Of a stretch of 64,000 nt of DNA, positions 45,760 through 56,595 are shown in pieces. The first letter of the stretch is position 1. Each line of letters begins with the position of its first letter. The translations under genes and the position numbers were made by a program. Origin of the DNA: an uncultured Nitrospiraceae bacterium (GTDB lineage Bacteria; Nitrospirota; Thermodesulfovibrionia; Thermodesulfovibrionales; Dissulfurispiraceae); contig CAVPIW010000005.1 in the NCBI GenBank assembly GCA_963705105.1, forward strand, positions 544,001 to 608,000. Direction: 5' to 3'. Below the pieces are notes generated by a model. The model had not been told where the DNA came from, searched no databases, and saw nothing but the letters and a program-made list of their open reading frames with translations.

Positions 45760-47223
45760 ATGAAACAGGACGGCGGAGAGATCCTTATCGCAAAGGGAAA
45801 GCATGATATGTCTCTGCTCCTCGGTATGGCGAACCGTCACGGGCTTATCGCCGGCGCAACCGGCACCGGCAAGACCGTCTCGCTGCGTGTCATGGCAGAG
45901 CAGTTCAGCACGAACGGTGTGCCTGTCTTTATGGCTGACGTCAAGGGTGACCTTTCAGGTATGGTCCATCCGGGCGGTGACAACCCGAAAGTGGCGGAAC
46001 GGGCGGAGAAACTCGGCCTCGAGGGCTTCGGCTACGAGGGATACCCGGTCGTGTTCTGGGATGTTTTCGGGGAGCAGGGACACCCCGTGCGCACCACCAT
46101 ATCGGAGATGGGGCCGCTTCTTCTCGGCAGGCTGCTCAATCTGAACGATATTCAGAGTGGCGTCCTGACGATCATCTTCAAAATCGCCGACGACAACGGC
46201 TTCCTTCTCCTCGATCTCAAGGACCTGAGGACAATGGTCGAGTTTGTCGGAGACAACGCCGCCCAATTCAAGACGTCCTACGGGAACATATCCGCTGCCA
46301 GCATCGGCGCGATTCAGCGGAATCTCCTGGCGATCGAAGAGCAGGGCGGCAATCAGTTCTTCGGCGAGCCGGCCCTGAATCTCGAAGACCTCATGCAGAC
46401 CGGTGCAGACGGCAAGGGGATCATCAACATCCTCGCCTCAGACAGACTCATAAGCGCCCCGAAACTCTATGACACCTTCCTGCTCTGGATGCTCGCAGAG
46501 CTTTTCGAACAGCTTCCCGAGGTCGGAGACCCGGAAAAGCCGAAACTCGTCTTCTTTTTCGACGAGGCCCATCTCCTCTTCGACGACGCGTCGAAAGCGC
46601 TCAAGGAGAAGGTGGAGCAGGTGGTCCGCCTCATCCGGTCGAAGGGCGTGGGGGTGTATTTCGTGACCCAAAATCCCCTCGATCTTCCTGATGAAGTACT
46701 CGGGCAGCTCGGCAACAGAGTGCAGCACGCCCTCAGGGCCTTCACACCGAGGGACCAGAAGGCCGTCAAGGCGGCTGCCCAGACCTTCCGGTCGAACCCG
46801 AAGCTCAATGTGGAAACGGCCATCACGGAACTTGCCACCGGCGAGGCCCTTGTGTCCTTCCTCGACGGGAAAGGGTCCCCGGGCGTCGTGGAGCGCGCCC
46901 TCGTCTGCCCGCCCCGGAGCCGCCTCACGCCTCTGGCGGCAGAGGAGAGGTCGGAGGTGATCAGGTCTTCGGTCCTCTTCGGGCATTACGAAGAGGCGGT
47001 GGACAGGGAATCGGCCTATGAGAAACTGAAGGAGAAGGCCTCGCAGGCGCAGCCGGATCAGGCTGAGACGCCCCGGGAGAGCGGGCGGGCCTCAGAGGTG
47101 ACGAGCCAGGCGGGGGTGCTCGTGAAGGCCCTTGCAAAGAGCGCCGCTCATGCCATCGGGAGCCAGATAGGGCGTCAGATCATCCGCGGCGTGCTCGGGT
47201 CCATATTCGGCGGCAAGCGGTAA
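45760..47223 (+). CDS. DUF853/YjgR HerA-like ATPase
   Basis: [33 protein letters not shown]. Confidence 0.92.
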   Translation: MKQDGGEILIAKGKHDMSLLLGMANRHGLIAGATGTGKTVSLRVMAEQFSTNGVPVFMADVKGDLSGMVHPGGDNPKVAERAEKLGLEGFGYEGYPVVFWDVFGEQGHPVRTTISEMGPLLLGRLLNLNDIQSGVLTIIFKIADDNGFLLLDLKDLRTMVEFVGDNAAQFKTSYGNISAASIGAIQRNLLAIEEQGGNQFFGEPALNLEDLMQTGADGKGIINILASDRLISAPKLYDTFLLWMLAELFEQLPEVGDPEKPKLVFFFDEAHLLFDDASKALKEKVEQVVRLIRSKGVGVYFVTQNPLDLPDEVLGQLGNRVQHALRAFTPRDQKAVKAAAQTFRSNPKLNVETAITELATGEALVSFLDGKGSPGVVERALVCPPRSRLTPLAAEERSEVIRSSVLFGHYEEAVDRESAYEKLKEKASQAQPDQAETPRESGRASEVTSQAGVLVKALAKSAAHAIGSQIGRQIIRGVLGSIFGGKR

Positions 47224-47232
47224 ACATTCCGT

Positions 47233-47548
47233 CTCCCTTTCTGTTTCATGAAAAGGCGGGGCGAAGCGCTCTGAAAAACAGTGACAGTGTGAGTGACAGT
47301 GTCACTGTCGGTGTCACTGCCGCTGCCTGCGGGAAGGCAGATATGGTTCAGAGCCTTTCCGTCCGAGTGTTCGTGGCCTGGTTATGACCGTCGAATGTTT
47401 TAATGACTCAATGACTTTATGGTGGCGCATACGCCCCGCCTTTCCAGGGAGTGTATTGCAACGATGAGGTAACATTGCCATCGGGAAGGCGAATGACACC
47501 GGTAAGGTTAAGGATTTTTCCCGACACTGACACTCACACTGTTTGCAG
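47233..47548 (-). repeat. Family A copy 9 (47233-47472; hexamer + delta modules) plus adjacent fragment
   Basis: AAAAGGCGGGGCGAAGCGCTCTGAAAAACAGTG ... CGCATACGCCCCGCCTTTCC..TTGCAACGATGAGGT. Confidence 0.9.
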
Positions 47549-47559
47549 AATGATAAGAT

Positions 47560-48606
47560 TTACGGGATGAGATACTCGTTGACGCGGCCCACGTCGAACC
47601 GGTCGGCAAGGAGCACCTTCCGGACGAATGTGAAGAGCTTCCGGCGTACGTCCGGTGACAGGTCGGGATAGAAGACCGGGTTGGCAACGACGACGCCCCG
47701 GAAGGCGAAGAAGGGGGCGACGACCGCAAGGATTTCCTCGTCACCCGTCATCGAGACGTAGTCGTCGAAGAACAGGCGCAGGCCCTCGATGAACGGCCCC
47801 CGCACGTCACCGAAATAACGCAAGGAGAAAAAGATGTAATTGATCGTGAGGGCCGTCACGTCGTCGGCGGCATCGCCCCAGGGTCCCCGGGAACGGTCGA
47901 GGAGCGTGAAGTCCCCGCCGTTGCGGAACCAGATGTTGCCGGGGTGGAAATCGCCGTGAATCATGCAGAGCCGGTCCGTTTTCCTCTTGAGCCTTGCCCT
48001 CCAGTCAATGCAGAGCTTCTCGATCTCCGCCATTTCCTCATACCTGAGGGTCCCGTCGGGATAGGTGTCGAAGACTCCCATGAGACACTCGCCGTGGCCG
48101 ACGGTATCCCGGATCTTCCGCCAGTAAAGCTGCCGGGATATCTTTTTTACGGCATGGATGCCGGCGAGGTATGAAACCATGGCCCGGATCTTCGCGCGGT
48201 CTTGCTCGTCGAGACAGCTTTTGTCCGTGAAAGACCGTAGGTCCTCGAAGTAGTCCGTTCCTTCGGCCCGCTCCATGAGGAGGTAGTATTCCCTGCCTCC
48301 CCCGATCGATTTTATCGAACCATCTTCCATCTCGGCGAGGACGTCGACGGCGCGCACATGCCCAGGCAGATTGGCGAACTCGTCGAGGTCGAGGAGAAAG
48401 ACGGAGGCACGGTCGGCGGGATAGTCGTGGCCGAGTCCCTCGGGGATGAGGGCCTTGACGACGTATGACTGCGTTCCCCCTGGCCCCTGCATTTCGATAA
48501 GGAACCCCGCTCCCTGCACGCCCGCCCCGAGCTTGCGGATCGTCACCCCTTTTGTATCAGGGAATTCCTGCAGGATGTATCGTGTGATCGCTTCTTCGTT
48601 GATCAT
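47560..48606 (-). CDS. Aminoglycoside-phosphotransferase-like kinase
   Basis: LGAGVQG loop, HGDFHPGNI Brenner motif, LLDRS. Confidence 0.85.
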   Translation of the reverse strand: MINEEAITRYILQEFPDTKGVTIRKLGAGVQGAGFLIEMQGPGGTQSYVVKALIPEGLGHDYPADRASVFLLDLDEFANLPGHVRAVDVLAEMEDGSIKSIGGGREYYLLMERAEGTDYFEDLRSFTDKSCLDEQDRAKIRAMVSYLAGIHAVKKISRQLYWRKIRDTVGHGECLMGVFDTYPDGTLRYEEMAEIEKLCIDWRARLKRKTDRLCMIHGDFHPGNIWFRNGGDFTLLDRSRGPWGDAADDVTALTINYIFFSLRYFGDVRGPFIEGLRLFFDDYVSMTGDEEILAVVAPFFAFRGVVVANPVFYPDLSPDVRRKLFTFVRKVLLADRFDVGRVNEYLIP

Positions 48607-48611
48607 CAGTC

Positions 48612-48873
48612 TTACCTCAGCGTTCTATACGCCCTCCGGGAAGGCCGATATGGTTCAAAGCCTTTCCAATGCGATGAAGAGACATCTTCAGGTGTTCGGC
48701 GTCTGGTGCCTGACGGGCTTTTGTCATCGAATAACACGGCAAAGGGTAGTTTTCACCACATCAGCCTTCCCGTCCCGGTGTTCGTGGCCTTGTTCCGAAT
48801 GACGTCTGACGACTGCCGATCGACGACGACAACTGATGTGTTGACGCATTTCTATCCCGCCTTTGCCGAAGTG
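48612..48873. repeat. Family A copy 10 (degenerate; two opposed delta modules)
   Basis: GGGAAGGCCGATATGGTTCAAAGCCTTTCCAATGCGATG and TTTTCACCACATCAGCCTTCCCG, ending CCCGCCTTT. Confidence 0.8.
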
Positions 48874-49803
48874 TCATTCCCCGAAGTTTTCACGGTAACG
48901 CGTGATGAACTCGGCGTATGTGTAGGAATGCTCCTGGGTCCCGTAATGCTCCACAGCATAGGTTGCAGCAACGGCCCCCATCTTCGCCGAGTTGATGATG
49001 TCCTTTCCCATGGATATCCCCTTGAGAATGCCTGCCCTGTATGCGTCGCCGGCGCCGGTGGGGTCGACGACGGCGGACACAGAGGCTGCTGGAATGGAGA
49101 ATTCGCCGTCCCTCGTGCTGATGAGGGAACCCTTCTCTCCGAGGGTGGTGACGATCATGCCCGTCATTGCGAGGAGGCCCCTCTTGTCCTCTCCCGTCAT
49201 CGTCATGATGAGTTCAAGCTCATAGTCGTTCGAGATGAGCAGCTCCGATCCGTTAATCCACTCCCGGAAGGCCCCCTTCTCCCACGCCGTAAGGGACTGC
49301 CCGGGATCGCAGATGTAGGGAATGCGTCGTTTCCTGCAAATCCGCGCGTATTCCTCCATGTCGCCGAGGTTGCCCGGCGCAATCAGGAGGAGCGTGTCTT
49401 CGGGCCCGTCGCCTTCGAAAGTGCATCCCGACGGGAATTTCATCGCGCCGGGATTGAACCCTGTTATCTGGTTGTCCGATCGGTCCGTCGTGATGTACGC
49501 ACCGGCGGTGAACTCTTCGGGGATGACCCTGATCCCTTCCACTGGTATTCTATGTTCGCGGAGCCATTCGAAGTACCGCTCATAATCCTTCCCGATCGTG
49601 GCGAGGATATGGGCTTTCTCGCCGAGGAGGCTCAGGGAATAGGCGATATTGCCCGCCGTGCCGCCGAACTTCTCGACCATGCCGTTGACGGTGAAGCAGA
49701 CGTTCAGGATGTGGATCTTGTCCGGGAGAATATGGTCCGAGAACTTTCCCGGGAAGTCCATGATCCTGTCATAGGCAAGGGATCCCGAAACGTAGATTTT
49801 CAT
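48874..49803 (-). CDS. PfkB-family carbohydrate/nucleoside (adenosine-like) kinase
   Basis: GSLAYDRIM, GGTAGNIAY, NDYE, DPTGAGDAYRAG. Confidence 0.93.
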   Translation of the reverse strand: MKIYVSGSLAYDRIMDFPGKFSDHILPDKIHILNVCFTVNGMVEKFGGTAGNIAYSLSLLGEKAHILATIGKDYERYFEWLREHRIPVEGIRVIPEEFTAGAYITTDRSDNQITGFNPGAMKFPSGCTFEGDGPEDTLLLIAPGNLGDMEEYARICRKRRIPYICDPGQSLTAWEKGAFREWINGSELLISNDYELELIMTMTGEDKRGLLAMTGMIVTTLGEKGSLISTRDGEFSIPAASVSAVVDPTGAGDAYRAGILKGISMGKDIINSAKMGAVAATYAVEHYGTQEHSYTYAEFITRYRENFGE

Positions 49804-51572
49804 ATGGTCTCCTTTTTTCTTAGTGCGTCGAGAAGCTTCTCGGCGAGGGGCCTGCTGAATCCTTTCACCCCGGCGATATCGTCCACCCCGGAGGACCGTA
49901 TCCGCTCGATGCTGCCGAAGGCGCGCAGGAGCGCCAGCCTTCGTTGTTTGCCGATCCCCGGCACCTGCTCCAGGGGCGATTCCATGAGACGCTTGTCCCG
50001 CAGCTTTCTGTGGAACCCGATGGCGAAGCGGTGGACCTCGTCCCGTATTTTTCTAAGCAGGAGCGACGACCTGCTCCTGTCCCCGAGCTCCACGACCGTC
50101 CCGTCCAACAGGAACGCCCTGTCGGGCTTCTTCGCAACGGCGATCAGGCCGCTCCTGACTCCCAGGTCCTCCATGGCCTTCCGGGCGATTTCGAGCTGCC
50201 CCTTCCCGCCGTCGATGACGACGAGGTCCGGCACGACGTCGCCGCCCTTTTCGAGCACCCGCGTCACGATCTCTCCGATCATGGAATAGTCGTCGACGCC
50301 TTCGACGGTTTTGATCCTCAGTCGCCGGTAGAGCTCTTTCCTGAATTCCCCCCTTTCCCAGAACACAAAGGCCCCGACGGACTCGCCCCCCTGGATCGTC
50401 GAGGCATCGAAGGCTCCGATCCGCAGGGGGACATTGTAGAGGCCGAGCCGCTCCTGCAGCTCCCTCGGGGTTTCGTCTTCCCTTCGCTTTTTTGCAACAA
50501 GGGCGAGCCCCGCGTTCTCATTCGCCATGCCGAGGAGTTCCCGCTCCTTTCCTTCCTGCGAGACCCTGATCCGCACCCCTTCTCCCCGTCTTTTTGAGAG
50601 AAAAGCGCTGAGATCGTCCGCCAGGTCCGGCAGGACATGCACGATTATGTCGCCGGGCGGGATGATCTCCTTTGTGTAGAAAAGCTCGATGAAGCTGTGC
50701 AGGATCTCCGGGTCGTCCGCTCCCAGGAGGTTGTCCGTCACGAAGGACTTCGTTCCGATGAGCATGCCGTTTCTGACGAACAGGATCTGCAGGGCGCTCC
50801 GGTCCCCGTCGTGGGCGCTGCCGATGATGTCGAGGTCCTCCAGCTCCGGCGCGATGATCTTCTGCGACTCGAAGGCCTTCCGGATGAGGGTGACGCGGTC
50901 GCGTATCTTCGCCGCCTCCTCGAATCTCAGCTCATCTGCGAGGCGCTGCATCTTCTCTTCAAGGCTATCGATGAGGGCGCCCTTTTCCCCCCTCAGGAAG
51001 AGCTCCACGTCCCTGACGATCCTGAGGTATTCATCCCTGCCGATGCCCCCTGCGCAGGGCGCGGGGCAGCGCTTCATCTGGTGCTGCACGCAGGGTCTCC
51101 TCCGCCTTTCCATATTGTAGCCGCACCGCCTGATGAAGAAGTTCCTCCTGATGAACGAGAGGACCTCCCACATCCCCTGTGCCGGCACATAGGGACCGAA
51201 GTAGAGGTTGCCGTCTCTCCTGATTCTCCGCACCACTTCGATTCTCGGCCATTCCTCGGTCACGGTGAGACAGATGTAAGGATAATTCTTGTCGTCCCTG
51301 AGGATGATATTGAACCGCGGCTTGTATTGCTTGATGAGGTTCGCCTCGAGGATGAGGGCCTCCAGTTCGGTGTCCGTGACGACGGTCGAGAAGTCCCTCA
51401 CCTGCCTGACCATCGCGAGCTTCCTCTGATCGAGGGCCGCTGATTCCTGGAAATAGCTCCTCAGGCGGTTCCGCAGGTTCTTCGCCTTGCCGACATAGAG
51501 GACCTTCTCGCCCCGGCCCTTGAAAATGTAAACACCCGGCCGCTGCGGGACATCGGAAAGATCGGGAATCAT
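49800..51572 (-). CDS. uvrC: Excinuclease ABC subunit C
   Basis: GIY-YIG (PGVY, YVGKA), UVR, IDGGKGQ, RDEVHRFA, HhH. Confidence 0.97.
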   Translation of the reverse strand: MIPDLSDVPQRPGVYIFKGRGEKVLYVGKAKNLRNRLRSYFQESAALDQRKLAMVRQVRDFSTVVTDTELEALILEANLIKQYKPRFNIILRDDKNYPYICLTVTEEWPRIEVVRRIRRDGNLYFGPYVPAQGMWEVLSFIRRNFFIRRCGYNMERRRRPCVQHQMKRCPAPCAGGIGRDEYLRIVRDVELFLRGEKGALIDSLEEKMQRLADELRFEEAAKIRDRVTLIRKAFESQKIIAPELEDLDIIGSAHDGDRSALQILFVRNGMLIGTKSFVTDNLLGADDPEILHSFIELFYTKEIIPPGDIIVHVLPDLADDLSAFLSKRRGEGVRIRVSQEGKERELLGMANENAGLALVAKKRREDETPRELQERLGLYNVPLRIGAFDASTIQGGESVGAFVFWERGEFRKELYRRLRIKTVEGVDDYSMIGEIVTRVLEKGGDVVPDLVVIDGGKGQLEIARKAMEDLGVRSGLIAVAKKPDRAFLLDGTVVELGDRSRSSLLLRKIRDEVHRFAIGFHRKLRDKRLMESPLEQVPGIGKQRRLALLRAFGSIERIRSSGVDDIAGVKGFSRPLAEKLLDALRKKETI

Positions 51573-51665
51573 AGACTAATATAGCATATCATCCTTGTCC
51601 AAAATATCTTGCAGCCGGACTTTGAAAACGAGGATGGGGTGTGGTTTCTGAAGCATAATTCACGG

Positions 51666-51857
51666 TTGCCTTGCACGAAAAGACGGTGCAAAACGCTCCG
51701 AAAAACAGTGTCAGTGTCAGTGTCAGTAAAAGGTTCACTTTTCTTCAGACGTCTGCCTGAAATGGTCTGTACGGGAAGGCAGAGGTTTCGCAGCGCCGAT
51801 GCTTTTCGGCTCATACGCCCCGTTTTTCCTGAGATCTCATTGCAGTGATACGGGTTT
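51666..51857 (-). repeat. Family A copy 11 (beta-left + hexamer module)
   Basis: CAGTGTCAGTGTCAGTGTCAGT ... GGGAAGGCAGAGGTTTCGCAGC..CATACGCCCCG. Confidence 0.85.
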
Positions 51858-52084
51858 ACCTTATCGTTGCAATGCGCGCCCGGGAAAGGCGGGGCGTATG
51901 CGCCGAAAACCTTGCTGCGGCGACACCTGTATCAAAACGAAAGATGAACTATACGCTAATGGTCGATGACACAAAGAGTGAAATCCTGAAACACGAAGAT
52001 GACGAGGCGTATCGTCGCCTTCAGCAAGGCTTTGAGGCGTTTCGCCCCGCCTTTCCTGATATCTCATGGCGGTGATAAGGGTTT
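51856..52084 (+). repeat. Family A copy 12 (alpha, full length), back-to-back with copy 11
   Basis: ACCTTATCGTTGCAAT..GAAAGGCGGGGCG ... CGCCCCGCCTTTC. Confidence 0.93.
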
Positions 52085-52208
52085 ATTATGCGAAGAAATC
52101 ATGCCCCATCCTCGTGTCACATTATTTTTGAATTTCAATGATAGCGTCTGAACGAAACGCAGGAATGCAGAGATGAGACTCCCCTGATGCCCTTTGGTAT
52201 AATAAGAC

Positions 52209-53987
52209 ATGTCGTTTCGTCGCAGCCTCCGTGTCTCCCTCATCATCGTCATGTCCGTGATCGTCGGCGCAGTCGGCGGTTTCATCGTCTGGGTCCTCAA
52301 CGACCTCCCCGAAATCAGGAGCCTCGAGGATTACAAACCCCTGGAATCGTCCTTCGTCTATTCCTCCGACGGGAAGGTGCTTGCCGAATTTTACCTGGAG
52401 CGCAGGAATTTCGTCCCTCACCACAAGATCCCGGAGCGGGTCAAGAAAGCATTCATCGCCATAGAAGACCAGCGTTTCTACTCCCATCCCGGCGTGGACG
52501 TCATCGGCATTCTCCGGGCCCTCTACAAGGACATCCTCTCCCAGAGGATTGTCGAAGGGGGCAGCACGATCACGCAGCAGCTCACGAAGATGCTGTTTCT
52601 CAAGCCCGAGAAGAGTTTCGCCCGCAAGTTCAAGGAGGCGATCATCGCCGCGCAGATCGAGAAGCGGTATACAAAGGACGAAATTCTCGGCATGTACCTC
52701 AACAAGTCCTATTTCGGCACAAGGGCATATGGTATAGAGGCGGCGGCCCAGACCTATTTCGGCAAGCCCGTCGCGGACATCTCCCTGTCCGAGACGGCCC
52801 TTCTTGCCGCCCTCCAGAAGGCGCCCTCGGCATTCTCGCCCTTCAAGAACCCTGATCAGGCCAGGACGAGGAGAAACATTGTACTCAGGAAGCTGCTCGA
52901 AAACGACGACATTTCGCAGGAAGAGTACGACAGGGCGGTCAGGGACCCCCTTCCCCAGAAGCCCTTCTACCGGAAATACGAGGCGCCCTACTTCGTCGAA
53001 TTCCTCAGGCAACAGCTCGAGGCGCGATACGGGGAGAGGATCTATACTTCGGGATTCCGTATCTACTCGACCATTGACTACTCCATGCAGAAGATCGCCG
53101 AAGAAGCCCTCCGGCAGGGCATCGCCGCCATAGGACAGCGCTCGTCCCCGGGGGTGCAGGCCGCACTGATCGCCATCGACCAGAGGAATGGAGAGATCAG
53201 GGCGATGGTGGGAGGAACGGACTTCTGGGAGACCCAGTTCAACAGGGTGACGATGGCCCTGAGGCAGCCGGGATCGGCTTTCAAACCCTTCGTCTACGTC
53301 ACGGCTCTCGAAAAGGGCATGACCTCGGACTCACAGGTCCTCGACTCGCCGATTTCCTTCCCCGGGGCGAAGGCGAACAGCGTGTGGTCGCCAAGAAACT
53401 ACGACAACGAGTACCACGGCCCCGTCTCCCTGAAGACGGCCCTTGCCCTCTCCCTGAACACCGCAACAGTGAGGCTTTCCCATTCCGTCGGCATTCGGGA
53501 TGTCATAGAAACGGCGAAGAAATGCGGGATCAGGAGCAACCTTGAGCCCTACCTCCCCGTCGCCCTCGGCGCCTCCGACGTCACCCTCCTGGAGCTCACA
53601 TCGGCCTATGTCTCCCTCGCCACGGGAAGGCGGATCGAGCCGATGGCGTACGAAAAGATCCTGAACAGGGAAGGCATTGTCCTTGAGGAAACCTCGCCCT
53701 ATTCCTCGGATATCCTCGATCCCGAGGTCGTCAGTGACATGAGGGTGCTCCTGCGGGCCGTCGTCGAGATGGGGACGGCACAGAAAGCCAAAGAACTCCA
53801 GAGGACCGTCTACGGAAAAACGGGGACGACGAACGATTTTTCCGATGCCTGGTTCGTCGGCTTCGACGACCGCCTCGTCCTGGGCGTCTGGGTCGGGAGG
53901 GACAACCACCGGCCGATCGGCGTCAAGGAGACGGGGGCGAAGGCCGCCCTGCCGATCTGGATGGAGTTCATGAGGAATATGCCCTGA
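52209..53987 (+). CDS. Class A penicillin-binding protein (PBP1A family)
   Basis: EDQRFYSHPG, GGSTITQQL, RKFKE, SAFK, SLN, KTG. Confidence 0.96.
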   Translation: MSFRRSLRVSLIIVMSVIVGAVGGFIVWVLNDLPEIRSLEDYKPLESSFVYSSDGKVLAEFYLERRNFVPHHKIPERVKKAFIAIEDQRFYSHPGVDVIGILRALYKDILSQRIVEGGSTITQQLTKMLFLKPEKSFARKFKEAIIAAQIEKRYTKDEILGMYLNKSYFGTRAYGIEAAAQTYFGKPVADISLSETALLAALQKAPSAFSPFKNPDQARTRRNIVLRKLLENDDISQEEYDRAVRDPLPQKPFYRKYEAPYFVEFLRQQLEARYGERIYTSGFRIYSTIDYSMQKIAEEALRQGIAAIGQRSSPGVQAALIAIDQRNGEIRAMVGGTDFWETQFNRVTMALRQPGSAFKPFVYVTALEKGMTSDSQVLDSPISFPGAKANSVWSPRNYDNEYHGPVSLKTALALSLNTATVRLSHSVGIRDVIETAKKCGIRSNLEPYLPVALGASDVTLLELTSAYVSLATGRRIEPMAYEKILNREGIVLEETSPYSSDILDPEVVSDMRVLLRAVVEMGTAQKAKELQRTVYGKTGTTNDFSDAWFVGFDDRLVLGVWVGRDNHRPIGVKETGAKAALPIWMEFMRNMP

Positions 53988-54030
53988 TCCTGTCCCGTGT
54001 TTGGTTGCAGCAGGGCGTTCCTGGTACTGT

Positions 54031-54239
54031 AAACCTTATCGCTGCAATACACTTCCGGGAAAGGCGGGGCGTATGCGCTCTGAAAAAAGTGTCAGTGACA
54101 GTGTGAGTGTCAGGAAGAGGCGCGCATTTCAAACATCGCTTTGAACCGTTGTCTCTTGTGATGGTGCAGGTGTCGCCGCACCAAGGTTTTCGGCGCATAC
54201 GTCCCGCCTTTCGGTCGGGCGTTATTACAACGGCAAGGC
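54031..54239 (-). repeat. Family A copy 13 (two left-type ends; inverted twin of copy 14 core)
   Basis: 54059-54212 is the near-identical reverse complement of 57909-58061. Confidence 0.92.
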
Positions 54240-54242
54240 AGA

Positions 54243-55919
54243 TCAGAGCCTGAAGGTGTCCTTGTCCGTCCCGGTCTTCCGTTCCCGCTCCATCCGCTTG
54301 AGCACGGCCCGCTTGATCTTGCCGCTTATCGTCTTGGGGAGCTCCTCGATGAACTCGATCTCCCGCGGGCATTTGTAGGAAGCGGTCTTCTGCCTGACGA
54401 ATTTCTGGATGCTCTGGGCGAGCTTCTGCGTCGCCGTATAGCCCGGCGCGAGGACGACGAAGGCCTTGATCATCTCTCCTCTCAGCGAATCGGGACTGCC
54501 GACGACGGCGCTTTCCGCAACGGCCGGATGTTCCTGGAGCACGCTCTCGACTTCGAAGGGACCCACCCTGTATCCCGATGACTTGATGACGTCGTCGGCC
54601 CTGCCGAAGAAGTAGAAATATCCGTCCGCATCCTTGTACGCCTTGTCGCCCGTGAAATACCAATCACCCCGGAAGGCCACGCGGTTTTCGTCCTCATCGT
54701 CGAGGTACTCGTCAAACATCCCGACGGGCTTGTCCGGCTTCACCCTGACGCAGATATGGCCGATCTCTCCCGGCGGTAACGGATTGCGGTCGTCGTCGAG
54801 GACCTCGATCGCCATATCCGGCACAGGCTTTCCCGTGGACCCCGGCTTCACATGCTGGCAGGGATAATCGGCCAGGAGGACCGAAGACTCCGTCTGACCG
54901 TACCCTTGGTGGATCGTCAGGTTCGTCGCTCGTTGCCATGTGTAGATAACCTCGGGATTGAGGGGCTCCCCCGCCGAGGTGCATCGTCTCAGCCCGGAGA
55001 AGTCATAGGATGAGAGGTCCTCGAGAATCAGCATCCGGTAGACCGTCGGTGGGGCGCAGAACATGGTTATACCCTGTGACGTCAGCAGTTTCATCGTCAG
55101 GCGGGGCAGGAACTTGCCTTCGGCATTATGGACGAAAATGGCGGCCCCTGCAATCCATTGCCCGTACATCCCCCAGGCCGCCTTCGCCCACCCTGTGTCG
55201 GAGAGGACCCATATGAGGTCATGGGGCTTGATATCGTGCCAGAGCAGGGCCGTCCGCAGATGGCCGAGGGGATAGGAACAGCGGTGGAGCACCATTTTGG
55301 GGTATTTCGTGGTGCCCGACGTGAAATAGATCATGAAGGGGTCCTCCGCGGACGTCGTTTCGTGCGACCCCGGCGCCAGGCGGAGGGGGGCATCGGCGGT
55401 CATCTCCCCGAGATCGGTCCACCCGGCGGCGCCCCCGTCGATGAGCACTTTGTGTTTCAGAGCGGGGAATGCCGTTGCGGCACAGGCGGCGTCCACCTTC
55501 GGGGCGTTCGCCAGGTTTGTGATCACCGCTGCGGCCTGTCCCCTCATGATGCGGTATTCAATGTCCGAGGGCGTCAACATAACCGGGGCGGGCATGACGA
55601 CGGCGCCGATCTTGTGGCATGCGACCATGACGAAGTACCACTCAGGGAGCCTCGGTAGCATGATGAAGACCCGGTCACCCTTCCCGATGCCGAGAGAGAG
55701 AAGGGCATAAGCTATCTTGTTGGAGTGGCTGGAGACATCCCAGTAGGTAAACTTTCTGATCTCCCTTCCCAGCGGGTCCGTCCAGGCGAGGGCAAGCTTC
55801 GTCCTGTCCGCGGCGTGGCGGTCGATGACGTCGAAGCCGAAGTTGAAGCGGTCAGGGACGGGGATCGTGAACGTCTCCTTCGCCTTTTCATAATCCGTCA
55901 TGTCATAGGAAAAGAGCAT
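54243..55919 (-). CDS. Acyl-CoA synthetase (AMP-binding, medium/short-chain type)
   Basis: YFTSGTTKYPK, GYGQTE, TGD, GRADD, PKTISGK; AGGAGG RBS. Confidence 0.93.
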   Translation of the reverse strand: MLFSYDMTDYEKAKETFTIPVPDRFNFGFDVIDRHAADRTKLALAWTDPLGREIRKFTYWDVSSHSNKIAYALLSLGIGKGDRVFIMLPRLPEWYFVMVACHKIGAVVMPAPVMLTPSDIEYRIMRGQAAAVITNLANAPKVDAACAATAFPALKHKVLIDGGAAGWTDLGEMTADAPLRLAPGSHETTSAEDPFMIYFTSGTTKYPKMVLHRCSYPLGHLRTALLWHDIKPHDLIWVLSDTGWAKAAWGMYGQWIAGAAIFVHNAEGKFLPRLTMKLLTSQGITMFCAPPTVYRMLILEDLSSYDFSGLRRCTSAGEPLNPEVIYTWQRATNLTIHQGYGQTESSVLLADYPCQHVKPGSTGKPVPDMAIEVLDDDRNPLPPGEIGHICVRVKPDKPVGMFDEYLDDEDENRVAFRGDWYFTGDKAYKDADGYFYFFGRADDVIKSSGYRVGPFEVESVLQEHPAVAESAVVGSPDSLRGEMIKAFVVLAPGYTATQKLAQSIQKFVRQKTASYKCPREIEFIEELPKTISGKIKRAVLKRMERERKTGTDKDTFRL

Positions 55920-56045
55920 CGTATTCATCCTCCTGAATGCAGAAGTTGTGATAGAAGATAGCACTTCGCGGAAGGGAAGGTCAATGGAAACAGCATGATC
56001 CGTCCCGAAACGGGGCGATCTCTGATACAATAGGGGGAAGCACTC

Positions 56046-56582
56046 ATGAATGCCCTCGACATATCCATCGCCGCGGTCCTCTGCATCGCTGCCGTTCACG
56101 GCATGTGGAAAGGCCTTGTCAGGCAGCTTGCCTCAGTCGCCGGCATCGTTGCCGGGTTTTTCATCGCCTCAGGATACTATGAGCGGTTCGCGTATCTCGT
56201 TCCCCATGACGATCCCGGGGTACGGAAGCTGCTCTGCTTCATCGTCCTCTTCCTGGGTTGCCTCATTATCGCAGCCTTTGCCGGGTGGCTGATCGCAGGG
56301 ATTACAAAGAAGTCAGGCCTGGGGTGGCTGAACAGGCTCACCGGCGGCATCGTCGGGTTTCTGAAGGGCTTTCTTATCATCCTCGTCATGACTATCCCTG
56401 TCATTCTGCTGCTGCCTGCGGACAGCCGACTGGTCCGGAACTCCCTAGCGGTCCCCTACGTCCTTTCCGGTGCCCGGTTCCTGTACGGCGCCGTCCCCGG
56501 TGAGTTCAGGGATGCCTATGCTGAGAAGGTCAGAGCCCTGACGGGAGGCCAGGGGAAGTCAGACCGGAAAAAGAAGAATTGA
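56046..56582 (+). CDS. cvpA: CvpA-family membrane protein
   Basis: MNALD.., GMWKGLVRQ, GLGWLNRLTGG..GFLKG. Confidence 0.88.
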   Translation: MNALDISIAAVLCIAAVHGMWKGLVRQLASVAGIVAGFFIASGYYERFAYLVPHDDPGVRKLLCFIVLFLGCLIIAAFAGWLIAGITKKSGLGWLNRLTGGIVGFLKGFLIILVMTIPVILLLPADSRLVRNSLAVPYVLSGARFLYGAVPGEFRDAYAEKVRALTGGQGKSDRKKKN

Positions 56583-56595
56583 AGGCGCGTCTCCC

